Positions 9,772 to 18,847 of a stretch of 64,000 bases of DNA are shown here, piece by piece; the first letter of the stretch is position 1; each line of letters begins with the position of its first letter. Position numbers and translations under genes: made by a program. The notes under the pieces were generated by a model. The model was not told the DNA's origin and searched no databases. It saw only the letters and a list, made by a program, of their open reading frames with translations. This stretch comes from Capsulimonadales bacterium (GTDB lineage: Bacteria > Armatimonadota > Armatimonadia > Armatimonadales > Armatimonadaceae), in the NCBI GenBank assembly GCA_033762295.1, contig JANRLW010000075.1:32197-96196 (forward strand). Direction: 5' to 3'.

Positions 9772-9914
9772 GGAAATTTAATCCTTCTCCATCACTTTAA
9801 TTCCATCGTTTGACCTTGATTTCACACAATATAAGTGCTTGCTTTTGAGTGTAATTATTTGGTGTGATCCTTCCGGACGGGAGATCTCGCAGCCGACCGA
9901 ATCGGTCGGGGCCG

Positions 9915-9950
9915 TTGACACGCGACCGGGCGTTTTGCTACACTCGAAGT
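9915..9950 (+). promoter_or_regulatory. Sigma70-type promoter, leaderless
   Basis: TTGACA-N18-TACACT (extended TGn) then N6-ATG at 9951. Confidence 0.75.
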
Positions 9951-11033
9951 ATGCCGGAAACGAAACTATGGCGAATCGCCGGGATCAATTTCGATCATAT
10001 GCATATGGGCGATCTGCTGCGCGAAGTGCACGGGCACGCCAACGCCGAGATTGCCGCGATCTGTGACGAGGCCCCCGAACGGATGGCCGCCGCCGTCCGT
10101 AATTTCGCGATCCCGGCCGAACGGCAGTTCTCCGATGTCGCCGTCTGTCTGGAGACGACGAAGCCCGATATCGTGATCCTCTGCCCGAAGACGGCCGCGC
10201 ACGCCGACTACGTCGAGCAGGTCGCTCGCTACGGCGTCCATGTGCTGGTCGAAAAACCCTTTGCGGCATCGCTGGCCGATGCCGATCGCATGATCGCGGC
10301 GATGACCGGAACGGGCAAAACCCTGGTCATCAACTGGCCGCTTGCCTGGTATCCGCCGCATATCACCACCAAACGCCTGATCGGGGAGGGGGTGATCGGC
10401 GACGTGATCGAGGTGCATTTTTACGACGGAAACCGTGGCCCGCTCCGGCATCTGGCCGATAAGGTCGAGGTCTCGCCCGAGGAGGCGAACCGGAAAAAGT
10501 CGGAGTCCTGGTGGTATCAGCCGCCGGGAGGCGGCTCACTGCAGGACTATCTCGGCTACGGCGTGACCCTCGGAACCTGGTTCCTCGACGGGCGCGCGCC
10601 GGTCGATGTAACCTGCGTGGTCGACGAACAGCCCGGACTCTCCGTCGACGAACACAGCATCACGATCTGCCGTTACGCCTTCGGCCTGTCGAAGTTCGAG
10701 ACACGCTGGGGGACGTTCACCGATCCCTGGACGCACCAGCCACAGCCCAAATGCGGCTTCGTCGTGCAGGGAACGAAGGGCACCATCTCCAGCTACGACT
10801 ACGAACCGACCGTCCGTGTCCAGACCGAAGCCCACCCCGAAGGCGAAGTCGTCCCGGTCGATCCGATCGCCGCGCCGAACCGATCGCCGATCGAACACCT
10901 GATCGCCGTTCTGGAAGGCAGAGTCACCCTCCATCCGCCGCTCGACCCGGCCCTCTGCCGCATCGGCCAGCAGATTATCGATACGGCAGTCGTCTCGGCG
11001 AAAGAGAAGCGCACCGTCCCCCTGATCGCCTGA
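9951..11033 (+). CDS. Gfo/Idh/MocA family oxidoreductase
   Basis: GVHVLVEKPFA, GGGSLQDYLGYG; start moved to MPETK. Confidence 0.9.
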   Translation: MPETKLWRIAGINFDHMHMGDLLREVHGHANAEIAAICDEAPERMAAAVRNFAIPAERQFSDVAVCLETTKPDIVILCPKTAAHADYVEQVARYGVHVLVEKPFAASLADADRMIAAMTGTGKTLVINWPLAWYPPHITTKRLIGEGVIGDVIEVHFYDGNRGPLRHLADKVEVSPEEANRKKSESWWYQPPGGGSLQDYLGYGVTLGTWFLDGRAPVDVTCVVDEQPGLSVDEHSITICRYAFGLSKFETRWGTFTDPWTHQPQPKCGFVVQGTKGTISSYDYEPTVRVQTEAHPEGEVVPVDPIAAPNRSPIEHLIAVLEGRVTLHPPLDPALCRIGQQIIDTAVVSAKEKRTVPLIA

Positions 11034-11049
11034 ACCGGGTCGTACACGT

Positions 11050-11805
11050 ATGCCACTGACCACGCCGCTCAACCATGACATCACCAAAGCGGCCGCCGGG
11101 TACTCGCAGCTTTCGGGCATCATGGCGGGCTTCTCCTTCGCCGTTCTGGTCTGGGTGGTGGAAAGGCTGAATACCCGGGACGATAACCTCCAGGAGGACA
11201 TCCTGGTCATCCGGGCGCTTGTCTACCTGGGAATAACCTTTCTGGGGAACCTGGTGGATTCCTTTTTTTGGGCATTGCTGTCGGGAGTCCAGTCGTTGGA
11301 CTCCCCGCAAGTCGGCATTCTGGCGCATATTTCAGCCTGGCAGATGGCGCAACTCGCGCCTCTGACAATGCAGGCGATGACCCTGGTAGTGTCCACGGCG
11401 GGATCGCGCTATGCCGTAACGCTGTTCCGGCGCCTGTTTTTCGTGACGGCCCTTATCGGAGCGGCCTTCACCTGGACCCATACGTACGCGGTGATCCAAC
11501 GTTACTCGGCGAGCCCTGCGATGATGCCTTACATGCCGGTCTGCGTCGCGCTCTTCGCTGCCCTTCTGCTGGGCGGTTTCCTGCTTTCGGGCCGACCGAG
11601 CGGACAACGTTTCGGGGCGGATACGGAGGCAAGCTTTTCCCGGTTCGTCTCGATCTCCCTGGTGGGGACGCTGCTAGCCGGGGTGGCTTTCGCCTGGGCC
11701 ACCATTTCGCCGAGCGGCATCCCGGTATCTCAGGGGGCGATTGCCATCGCCAATCTTCTCTGGGCGGCGCTGGTAGCCTGGTCCTGCGCCTATCTACCGG
11801 ATTAG
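11050..11805 (+). CDS. Hypothetical polytopic membrane protein (about 7 TM)
   Basis: 251 aa with repeated hydrophobic stretches; 16 nt after upstream stop. Confidence 0.7.
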   Translation: MPLTTPLNHDITKAAAGYSQLSGIMAGFSFAVLVWVVERLNTRDDNLQEDILVIRALVYLGITFLGNLVDSFFWALLSGVQSLDSPQVGILAHISAWQMAQLAPLTMQAMTLVVSTAGSRYAVTLFRRLFFVTALIGAAFTWTHTYAVIQRYSASPAMMPYMPVCVALFAALLLGGFLLSGRPSGQRFGADTEASFSRFVSISLVGTLLAGVAFAWATISPSGIPVSQGAIAIANLLWAALVAWSCAYLPD

Positions 11806-11975
11806 TTGGGACAATGTCAAAGACCGGTTGTCCGGCCCCGGTGTGTTCACGTCCGGGCATTCGTTATCGTCGTTCGGTGAAGGGAAAAACCCGCCCGCTC
11901 CGGAAATGTAAGGGCGGACCGTGACAGCGCGACGGGAACGAACCCTGACCGCGCCGGTCCGACGGAGGAGCAAGC

Positions 11976-13100
11976 ATGGAACCCATCACCGGGCGGAAGG
12001 TCCGCATCGGCGTCATCGGCTGCGGACAGATCGCGCAGCAGCATTTTACCACCTATAAAGATATTCCCGACGCGGAAATCGTCGCCTGCGCCGACATCAA
12101 CCCCGAAGCCGCCGACAAATCCGCCGCGAAATTCGACATTCCCAATGTCTACTACAACGCCCACGATATGCTGCGGCGGGACGACCTCGATGCGATCGAT
12201 GTCTGTCTGCATAACAACCTGCATATCTCCGGAACGCTCGCCGCGCTCGAATCCGGTCGGCACGTCTACTGCGAGAAGCCGATGGCGGGCACCTACCGCG
12301 ATGCCGTCACCATGCGCGACCGCGCCAAAGAGCTTGGCCTGAAACTCCATATCCAGCTCGGTCAACTCTATTCGGCGGAGACCCGCGCCGCGAAAGAGTT
12401 GATCGATGCCGGACAACTCGGCGAAGTCTACCATGCACGCTCCACCGGACACCGCCGACGGGGCCGCCCCTATGTCGATGGCTACGGCAGACCCGACTTC
12501 GTACAGAAGGAAAGAAGCGGCGGCGGCGCGCTCTACGATATGGGCGTCTACCACATCTCCCAGATTCTTTACCTGCTGGGCAACCCGACCGTCGAACGTG
12601 TCTCCGGCACCACCTACCAGAAAATCCCCATCGACCCCAAACGGCTCGAACTCTCCGGGGCGAATGTCGAGGAGTTGGGCATGGGCTTCGTCCGTTGCGC
12701 CGGTGACCTGACCATCGATATCATCGAAGCCTGGGCCATTCACCTGGATAAGTTCGAAGGCTCCTATGTGGTCGGCAGCGAGGGCGGCGTCCGTCTCTCG
12801 CCCTTCGGCTTCTTCCGCTCCTTCGGAGATTTGAATGTCAACGGCGGCGGCGATATGGAGACTTTCTCCTACCTCAAACGCAAACTGCGCAGCGCCGACG
12901 GCGACACCGACGAATACTCCAACTCGCAGCGTCTCTGGGTCGCCGCCCTCCAGGGGAAAGCGGAACTGCTCCCCACCGCCGAGATCGCGCTGACCACCAT
13001 GCTCATCTCCGAGGGCATCTATCTCTCCGCACAGGAACGCCGCGAGATGACGACCGAGGAGATCGTCGCCCGCTCCGTTTCCAAAGCGCTGCCACTGTAG
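11976..13100 (+). CDS. Gfo/Idh/MocA family oxidoreductase
   Basis: GVIGCGQIA Rossmann motif, HVYCEKPMA, GGGALYDMGVYH; GGAGG RBS. Confidence 0.93.
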   Translation: MEPITGRKVRIGVIGCGQIAQQHFTTYKDIPDAEIVACADINPEAADKSAAKFDIPNVYYNAHDMLRRDDLDAIDVCLHNNLHISGTLAALESGRHVYCEKPMAGTYRDAVTMRDRAKELGLKLHIQLGQLYSAETRAAKELIDAGQLGEVYHARSTGHRRRGRPYVDGYGRPDFVQKERSGGGALYDMGVYHISQILYLLGNPTVERVSGTTYQKIPIDPKRLELSGANVEELGMGFVRCAGDLTIDIIEAWAIHLDKFEGSYVVGSEGGVRLSPFGFFRSFGDLNVNGGGDMETFSYLKRKLRSADGDTDEYSNSQRLWVAALQGKAELLPTAEIALTTMLISEGIYLSAQERREMTTEEIVARSVSKALPL

Positions 13101-13113
13101 AAAGAAGAAACCG

Positions 13114-13965
13114 ATGAAAATATCCATCGCCGGTTACAGCGTCCACGGTCTGCTGGCCGAGGGCAAGATCGACATCTTCGGCTACCTCGAATCCTGCCGC
13201 TATCGTTACGGCCTCGATACCGCCGACCTCTGGAACGGTCTCCTCCCAACCCTCGACGAAGACTTCATCCGCAAGGTGCGCCAGGGACTGGAGGAGCGCG
13301 AACTGACGCTCGTCAACTACCATGCCGACGGCTGCCACCTCTGGGAGGACGATCCCGCCGCCGCCGAACGTAACCGCGAACTCGCCTACAAGCACCTGAA
13401 AACGGCGGCGATGCTCGGGGCGAAGACCTTTCGGATCGATACGGGAGGCACGCTGGAACGCATGACCCCCGACCAGCTTACCTTCGTCGCCGATCGCTAT
13501 CGCGAGTACTGCGAGTTCGGGCAGCAGCACGGCTTCAAGGTCGGGCCGGAAACCCACTGGGGCTTCTCCCTGATCATTGAGAACATGGAGGAGATCGCCA
13601 GAACCGTCGATCATCCGGCCTACGGCATTCTGCTGCATATCGGACACTGGGAGAAGGGCGACCCGGATGAGGGAGACCGACGACTGGCTCCCTATACGGT
13701 CCATACGCATGTGGACGCCAACATTACCCGCACCAGCCTCGCCGAAAAGATCGACCTGCTGCTGGATGCCGGATATCAGGGCTACTGGGGGGTCGAGCAC
13801 CACTCAACCAGGAACGAGTATGCCGAAATCGCGGTGCAAGTGGCGACCGTACGCCGCGTGCTGGCCCGGAAACTCTGGGATCGACAGAACGAGGAGAACC
13901 TGTCGAGCAAAAAGGAGAAAGAAGGCAACCCCCTCCTCACCGAGGAACAGGAAAACAATCTATAA
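13114..13965 (+). CDS. Sugar phosphate isomerase/epimerase (xylose isomerase-like TIM barrel)
   Basis: AAMLGAKTFRID, GPETHWG, HTHVD, GYQGYWGVEH. Confidence 0.85.
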   Translation: MKISIAGYSVHGLLAEGKIDIFGYLESCRYRYGLDTADLWNGLLPTLDEDFIRKVRQGLEERELTLVNYHADGCHLWEDDPAAAERNRELAYKHLKTAAMLGAKTFRIDTGGTLERMTPDQLTFVADRYREYCEFGQQHGFKVGPETHWGFSLIIENMEEIARTVDHPAYGILLHIGHWEKGDPDEGDRRLAPYTVHTHVDANITRTSLAEKIDLLLDAGYQGYWGVEHHSTRNEYAEIAVQVATVRRVLARKLWDRQNEENLSSKKEKEGNPLLTEEQENNL

Positions 13966-13970
13966 CTGAC

Positions 13971-14053
13971 ACGAGGCAATGAATTGCCTCGCTGGGGGAC
14001 GCTTCGCGCCCAAACGTCCTCACGGACGAATGCAGGAATCTTCGTCCGTGAGG
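13971..14053. repeat. Left REP-like palindromes
   Basis: cgaggcaat-ga-attgcctcg hairpin and cctcacggacgaa-N10-ttcgtccgtgagg hairpin. Confidence 0.8.
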
Positions 14054-14089
14054 TCATCTAATCCTACACTATCTGTTCTGGGGGCATGG

Positions 14090-14536
14090 ATGCGTCGCAG
14101 CCATATTGTTGTACCAGTACATCTTGTCTGGGCGACTTATCAACGTATGCCACTGATTCAGCCAGAATGGGAAGACGATCTTTACCACTGCATTGCCCAG
14201 GATGCGGCTAAATTGCGTTGTGAGATTCTCGCTCTGAATGGGATGCCGGATCATGTTCATCTTGCCGTGATGCTCCCCGCCACGGTCACCATTGCCAGCA
14301 TCATGAAACAGGTCAAAGGAAACTCCTCCAACTTTATCACGGAGCAAATTCTTCCCAAAGACTCCTTCTTCTACTGGCAGGAAGGCTACAGCGCCTATGG
14401 CTTCCACATAAACCTCACGCCCCGAGTCGTCTCCTATATACAAAACCAGAAGAAACATCATTCAGGAGGAACCGTCTGGCCAACCCTCGAAAGCATTGGC
14501 GAAGAATTACCCGAAGAACCCAAAATTAGCCCGTAA
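14090..14536 (+). CDS. tnpA: HUH (Y1) tyrosine transposase, IS200/IS605 TnpA / RAYT-like
   Basis: HLVWAT, MPDHVHL (HUH), KGNSS, FYWQEGYSA, YIQNQKKHH (catalytic Tyr). Confidence 0.93.
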   Translation: MRRSHIVVPVHLVWATYQRMPLIQPEWEDDLYHCIAQDAAKLRCEILALNGMPDHVHLAVMLPATVTIASIMKQVKGNSSNFITEQILPKDSFFYWQEGYSAYGFHINLTPRVVSYIQNQKKHHSGGTVWPTLESIGEELPEEPKISP

Positions 14537-14549
14537 GGAAACGAAAACC

Positions 14550-14607
14550 CGTCCGTGAGGACGACTGGAGGCTTCGCCTCCCCCAGCGAGGCAATTCATT
14601 GCCTCGT
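14550..14607. repeat. Right REP-like palindrome, inverted copy of the left end
   Basis: cgtccgtgaggacg...tcccccagcgaggcaattcattgcctcgt is the reverse complement of the left end. Confidence 0.8.
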
Positions 14608-14626
14608 ACCCAGAAGGTTAAACACG

Positions 14627-15763
14627 ATGTCCGAACCAGCCAAAGACGACTATGCCCTGAAAGCCGACGCACCCGTGCGGACGGTCGCCGCGCCGGAACT
14701 TCCTTACCGGCCGCGCGACCCGGAGGGGTACCGCCCCAAAATCGGGATGATCGGCTGCGGCGGTATCACCCAGCATCACCTGACGGCCTACCGAAACGCC
14801 GGGTACGATGTCGTCGCCTTTTACGATCTCCGCCGGGAGCAGGCCGAAAAGCGGCGGGACGCGTTTTATCCGGATGCGACCGTGTACGATTCGCCGGAAG
14901 ACCTGCTTGCGCGGGACGATATCGAGGTCGTCGATATCGCCACCCATCCCGCCCCACGCGTCGCGCTGATCGAAGCGGCGCTGGACGCCCGGAAACATGT
15001 CCTTTCACAGAAGCCGTTCGTCGTCGATCTCGACACCGGCGCACGGCTGGCGGATCGGGCGGACGCGCAGGGCGTCCGACTGGCCGTCAACCAGAACGGA
15101 CGCTGGTCGCCGCACCACGCCTATCTGCGCGAAGCCGTGCGCCGGGGAATCCTCGGCGACCTGGTCGCCGCGCACATCGCCATCCACTGGGACCACACCT
15201 GGGTCCGGGGAACCCCGTTCGAGGAGATTCGGGAGGTCATCCTGTACGATTTTTCGATACACTGGTTTGACTTTCTGTGTACGCTGCTCGGAGATCGCCC
15301 GATGACCCGGGTCTTCGCCACCCGGAGTCACGCGGCAGGGCAGACGATCCGGCCCCCGATGCTCGCGCAGTGCCTGGTCTCCTTCGAGGGGGGGCAGGCC
15401 AGCCTGGTTTTCGATGCCCATGTGCCGTTCGGAGCGCAGGACGCCACCTATCTCGGCGGGACGCGCGGGACGCTGACCAGCGTCGGCCCGAACCTGGGAG
15501 AACAGACCGTGACACTGGTCACGGCAGAGGGAGTCGCAACACCGTCTCTCGAAGGAACCTGGTTTCCGGACGGCTTCCACGGAACGATGGCCGAACTGCT
15601 CTGCGCCATCGCCGAAGGGCGGGAACCGCAAAACTCCGCCCGTAATAACCTGAAATCACTCGGACTCTGTTTCGCCGCCATCGCGTCAGCCACGGACGGA
15701 ACGCCGAAAACGCCGGGAAGCGTGCGGCGTCTGCCGCCCGGCTCCGCGCCGGGCGTCGAATGA
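14627..15763 (+). CDS. Gfo/Idh/MocA family oxidoreductase
   Basis: GMIGCGGI, HVLSQKPF, AVNQNGRW, YDFSIHWFD; start MSEPAK. Confidence 0.9.
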   Translation: MSEPAKDDYALKADAPVRTVAAPELPYRPRDPEGYRPKIGMIGCGGITQHHLTAYRNAGYDVVAFYDLRREQAEKRRDAFYPDATVYDSPEDLLARDDIEVVDIATHPAPRVALIEAALDARKHVLSQKPFVVDLDTGARLADRADAQGVRLAVNQNGRWSPHHAYLREAVRRGILGDLVAAHIAIHWDHTWVRGTPFEEIREVILYDFSIHWFDFLCTLLGDRPMTRVFATRSHAAGQTIRPPMLAQCLVSFEGGQASLVFDAHVPFGAQDATYLGGTRGTLTSVGPNLGEQTVTLVTAEGVATPSLEGTWFPDGFHGTMAELLCAIAEGREPQNSARNNLKSLGLCFAAIASATDGTPKTPGSVRRLPPGSAPGVE

Positions 15764-15776
15764 AAGGAAAAACGCC

Positions 15777-16526
15777 ATGTATCTCACCTTCAAAGAGGTT
15801 GCCGATTACCAGCGGGACGGATATGTGATCGTTCCGGAACTGTTTCGGTCGGACGAGATCGCCGCCATGATCGCCGATGTCGAGGGGGGCGAACGGGTCG
15901 CGACACATACGCGCGGCAAGGAGGACACGACCGGACGCAAGGCGCGGCTTGCGATCTGGCACGAACTGGGCGATGACATCTGGGCGGCCGTCTCCACCAA
16001 CCCGCGCGTCGTCAATAATGTCCGTATGCTGGTGGGGGAGGATATCGCCTTTTTCCATGGCAAGGTGATGCTGAAGGAGGCCGGAACCGGCGGCGCGTGG
16101 GAATGGCACCAGGACTATGGCTACTGGTACAACCAGGGGTTTGTCTTTCCGCGCCTGCTCTCGGTCTTTGTCGCGCTGGATCAGGCGACCATCGAGAACG
16201 GCTGCCTCCGGGTCCTCAAAGGCTCCCATCTGCTGGGACGGCTGGACCATGGAAAGGTCGGCGATCAGACCGGCGCGGACCCGAACCGCATGGGCGAACT
16301 GGAGAAACTCTTCGAACAGGTCTATGTGGAACTGAATCCGGGCGATGCGCTTTTCTTTCACAGCAACCTGCTGCACACGTCCGGCCCGAACGATTCGACC
16401 AGGCACCGGCGTTCGTTCATCATCTGCTACAACGCCCTGGCGAACCCGCAGCTCGGCGAGAAGCAGACCGCCGAGAAACGCCCCTGTCCCGTCTCCGCCG
16501 ACGACGCCATCCTCCGTTTCGCCTGA
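15777..16526 (+). CDS. Phytanoyl-CoA dioxygenase family Fe(II)/2-oxoglutarate dioxygenase
   Basis: WHQDYGYW (HxD), NGCLRVLKGSH, GDALFFHSNLLHTSGPN...R. Confidence 0.92.
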   Translation: MYLTFKEVADYQRDGYVIVPELFRSDEIAAMIADVEGGERVATHTRGKEDTTGRKARLAIWHELGDDIWAAVSTNPRVVNNVRMLVGEDIAFFHGKVMLKEAGTGGAWEWHQDYGYWYNQGFVFPRLLSVFVALDQATIENGCLRVLKGSHLLGRLDHGKVGDQTGADPNRMGELEKLFEQVYVELNPGDALFFHSNLLHTSGPNDSTRHRRSFIICYNALANPQLGEKQTAEKRPCPVSADDAILRFA

Positions 16527-16536
16527 TCCGAACCGT

Positions 16537-16578
16537 CGACCTCCCATGCCGAAAACAGGCTTTCGGCACGGGAGGTCG
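16537..16578. terminator. Hairpin between convergent genes (possible bidirectional terminator)
   Basis: cgacctcccatgccgaaa / tttcggcacgggaggtcg near-perfect stem. Confidence 0.55.
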
Positions 16579-16619
16579 GCTCCGGTTTGCGCTGCGGAGG
16601 CGGTCGCCGGTGACGGCCG

Positions 16620-17483
16620 TCAGGCCGACAGGGTGACCGTCCCGGTTCCCGAATCGTAGTGCAGAAGATACGGGCCGCCGGGGAGCAGAGGCGCGATTTC
16701 CCGCAATACGGCCATGGTCCTGCCGTTCAGTTTGTCGTAGAAATCACCTTCCGTCCGGTCGAGCAGCGTCTTGACCCCCGCCATATCGAGGCCGAAATGC
16801 GCTCCGAAGGGGTACGCGGCGACCAGGACACGTCCGCCGATCTCCTCCGTCTCGTCGGGAGCCGTCCCGAAGCGGACGCCATCGGGAAGCAGAACGATCG
16901 GACCCTGCGTCGGCGACGGGGCGGACCCGGGCTGACCGAACGGTGTCATGGACGCCTGGGCAGTACGCACCAGACTGAGAAACCACGCCTTGCCGATCCG
17001 GCGTCCCGGACAGGTTTTCGTGGTGGCCGGGTCATCCCGATGGAACTTCAGCGTGGTTTCGTCGTCGGTCAGGTTCAGGCGGCTCAGCAGCAGAGCGGTC
17101 GCCGCCGCCGAGTTCTCGAGAACACGCCGACCGCGCCCGGTGGCCGGGTCCTCGACGTCGTAATCGCCCAGCATCTCGATACCGAGGTAATGGGCATTGA
17201 ATCCTGTCGCGTGGACGCCCCGCTCGTCCGGAGGGCACATACCGAAGATCTGATCCTCATCGATAAAAAAGTGCGGGCCGCTGCTCCAATGCTTTACATC
17301 TTCATAAAAATCCCGGATGTTGCGAATATGCTGCACGGTCAACCCGCCGACCCGTTGAGCGAGGGAGGGGGCCGCCGTGTGATGAAGGGTAACGCCTTTC
17401 CACGGTCGCATCGGGGCCGTCGTTCGCAGATAATCCTCGAACTCCTTCCGTGTCCAAACCTGACCGACATTTCCGAATCCCAT
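16620..17483 (-). CDS. N-acetylmuramoyl-L-alanine amidase (Amidase_2/PGRP fold) with C-terminal extension
   Basis: LHHTA, HFFI, GIEMLG, HRD...CPG zinc ligands; start MGFGN after AAGGA RBS. Confidence 0.85.
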   Translation of the reverse strand: MGFGNVGQVWTRKEFEDYLRTTAPMRPWKGVTLHHTAAPSLAQRVGGLTVQHIRNIRDFYEDVKHWSSGPHFFIDEDQIFGMCPPDERGVHATGFNAHYLGIEMLGDYDVEDPATGRGRRVLENSAAATALLLSRLNLTDDETTLKFHRDDPATTKTCPGRRIGKAWFLSLVRTAQASMTPFGQPGSAPSPTQGPIVLLPDGVRFGTAPDETEEIGGRVLVAAYPFGAHFGLDMAGVKTLLDRTEGDFYDKLNGRTMAVLREIAPLLPGGPYLLHYDSGTGTVTLSA

Positions 17484-17599
17484 AATCCTTATCCTTTCCA
17501 ATAATCGTCCGTGAACCGAACGGTCATTTTTCGTTACGAGGACTTTTGGAACAGGGTGCCTGTCAGGGAAGAAAACGGAAAGAAAATTATAAAGAAAGC

Positions 17600-18685
17600 T
17601 TATCGCCGTTCCGAGGTGACGGGTTCCGCAGGTTCGACCGCGCCGGGCGGCGGGGTGTCTCCCCCGCCGCTTTGGCCCCAGCCGGGGAAATAATCGACTG
17701 AGCCGTCCGCGTAGGTGACCGTCGTGTTGCCATAGATATCCCAGACGATGGTGACCGGAAGGCCGGGATCGGGACCGGTGATGCGGGCGCGTCCGGAACC
17801 GTCGGCATGGTAGAGGTACTCCGCCGTGTAGCCGTCCGATCCGGTGAACCGGGTGCCCCCGCTGCCGTCGGCCCGCCAGGAGCTGACGCTTTCCGACCAG
17901 TTTCCGTCCGCCGAATCCCAGCGGCTTTTCCCGGTCGAATCGCCGTTTCCGGTCCACGAACTCACCCCGCTCTCCTTGCTGCCGTCGGAAAAGCGGTGTT
18001 CATAATCCGATCGTCCCGAACCGTCGGCGTTCAGGACATTCAGAGAGCGACCACCGGTTCCGGCGAGGGTGCCTTCGGTGAAGGAGTAGGAGGACTCGTA
18101 CGTTTGCGGGTAGATCGAGTAGTCCGTCGGGTGCGTGGTGACGATCCGGCCCGCCGTCCGCGTCTTGCCCTCATCGACGAACAGGGAATAGGTCTGTTTG
18201 CCCGGCTCATTGGTAATCTCCACCCAGAGTCCGAGGAAAAAGTCGTAATAGAAGAAGTCCTCGAACCCGTCAGGACCGGGAGAGGGACCGGGGGAAGCGC
18301 CGTCCTCCCTGCCGGTATCCGCGATCACGAGCCGGGAGAGCGCGGCAAAACTCGCCAGGGAGGCCGCCTGTCGAGCCGGGGGAACACAGGCGACATGACG
18401 CAAAAACGCTCCGACCAACGGCGCTCCGTTCCCTTTGGGAACTCCGGGCCGGGTCGCCGGACCGTTCCGGACGAGCGCGGTGCTCTCGGTCTGAAAACCG
18501 GCGAGTTCCGCGCGTCGGGTCGCGTTTTGATGCAGGGATTGCACCTGGGTGCGAGTGGCCGCGTTCGGCGCGGACTTCGACACCGTCCTCCCGCTGCCCG
18601 AGCCGCCGCACCCGGCGAGCAGTAGCGCGACAACGGCGACGGCAAAAATCAACAAGCGGCGTATCCATAATGTCGGTCGAACCAT
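17600..18685 (-). CDS. Hypothetical lipoprotein with (A/S)DG(S)G beta-hairpin repeats
   Basis: LLAGC lipobox; about 8 degenerate xDGS repeats in C-terminal half. Confidence 0.7.
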   Translation of the reverse strand: MVRPTLWIRRLLIFAVAVVALLLAGCGGSGSGRTVSKSAPNAATRTQVQSLHQNATRRAELAGFQTESTALVRNGPATRPGVPKGNGAPLVGAFLRHVACVPPARQAASLASFAALSRLVIADTGREDGASPGPSPGPDGFEDFFYYDFFLGLWVEITNEPGKQTYSLFVDEGKTRTAGRIVTTHPTDYSIYPQTYESSYSFTEGTLAGTGGRSLNVLNADGSGRSDYEHRFSDGSKESGVSSWTGNGDSTGKSRWDSADGNWSESVSSWRADGSGGTRFTGSDGYTAEYLYHADGSGRARITGPDPGLPVTIVWDIYGNTTVTYADGSVDYFPGWGQSGGGDTPPPGAVEPAEPVTSERR

Positions 18686-18847
18686 AACATACCCCCGGAG
18701 AAGAATGGCCGACTCTTTCGACCGACCACTCGCTTCCTTTCTTCAAATATACCAAAAAAAGAACGAAACGAACGTTCGGCGCTTCTCCGGTTCGTGCCGA
18801 ACGTGAAAACTTGCCGGATGGGGCGTGAGCAGGATAGTCTATAGGGA

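Larger units (their letters stand above)
13971..14607 (+). mobile_element. TnpA-only IS200/IS605- or RAYT-type element bounded by inverted palindromic REP-like repeats
   Basis: 29-bp perfect inverted repeat at 13971-13999 and 14579-14607, plus 14-bp inner inverted repeat at 14015-14028 and 14550-14563, flanking an HUH transposase with visibly lower GC. Confidence 0.8.

Noticed and set aside
16620..17483. Amidase as evidence of a prophage
   Set aside because: No holin, structural, integrase or replication phage genes nearby
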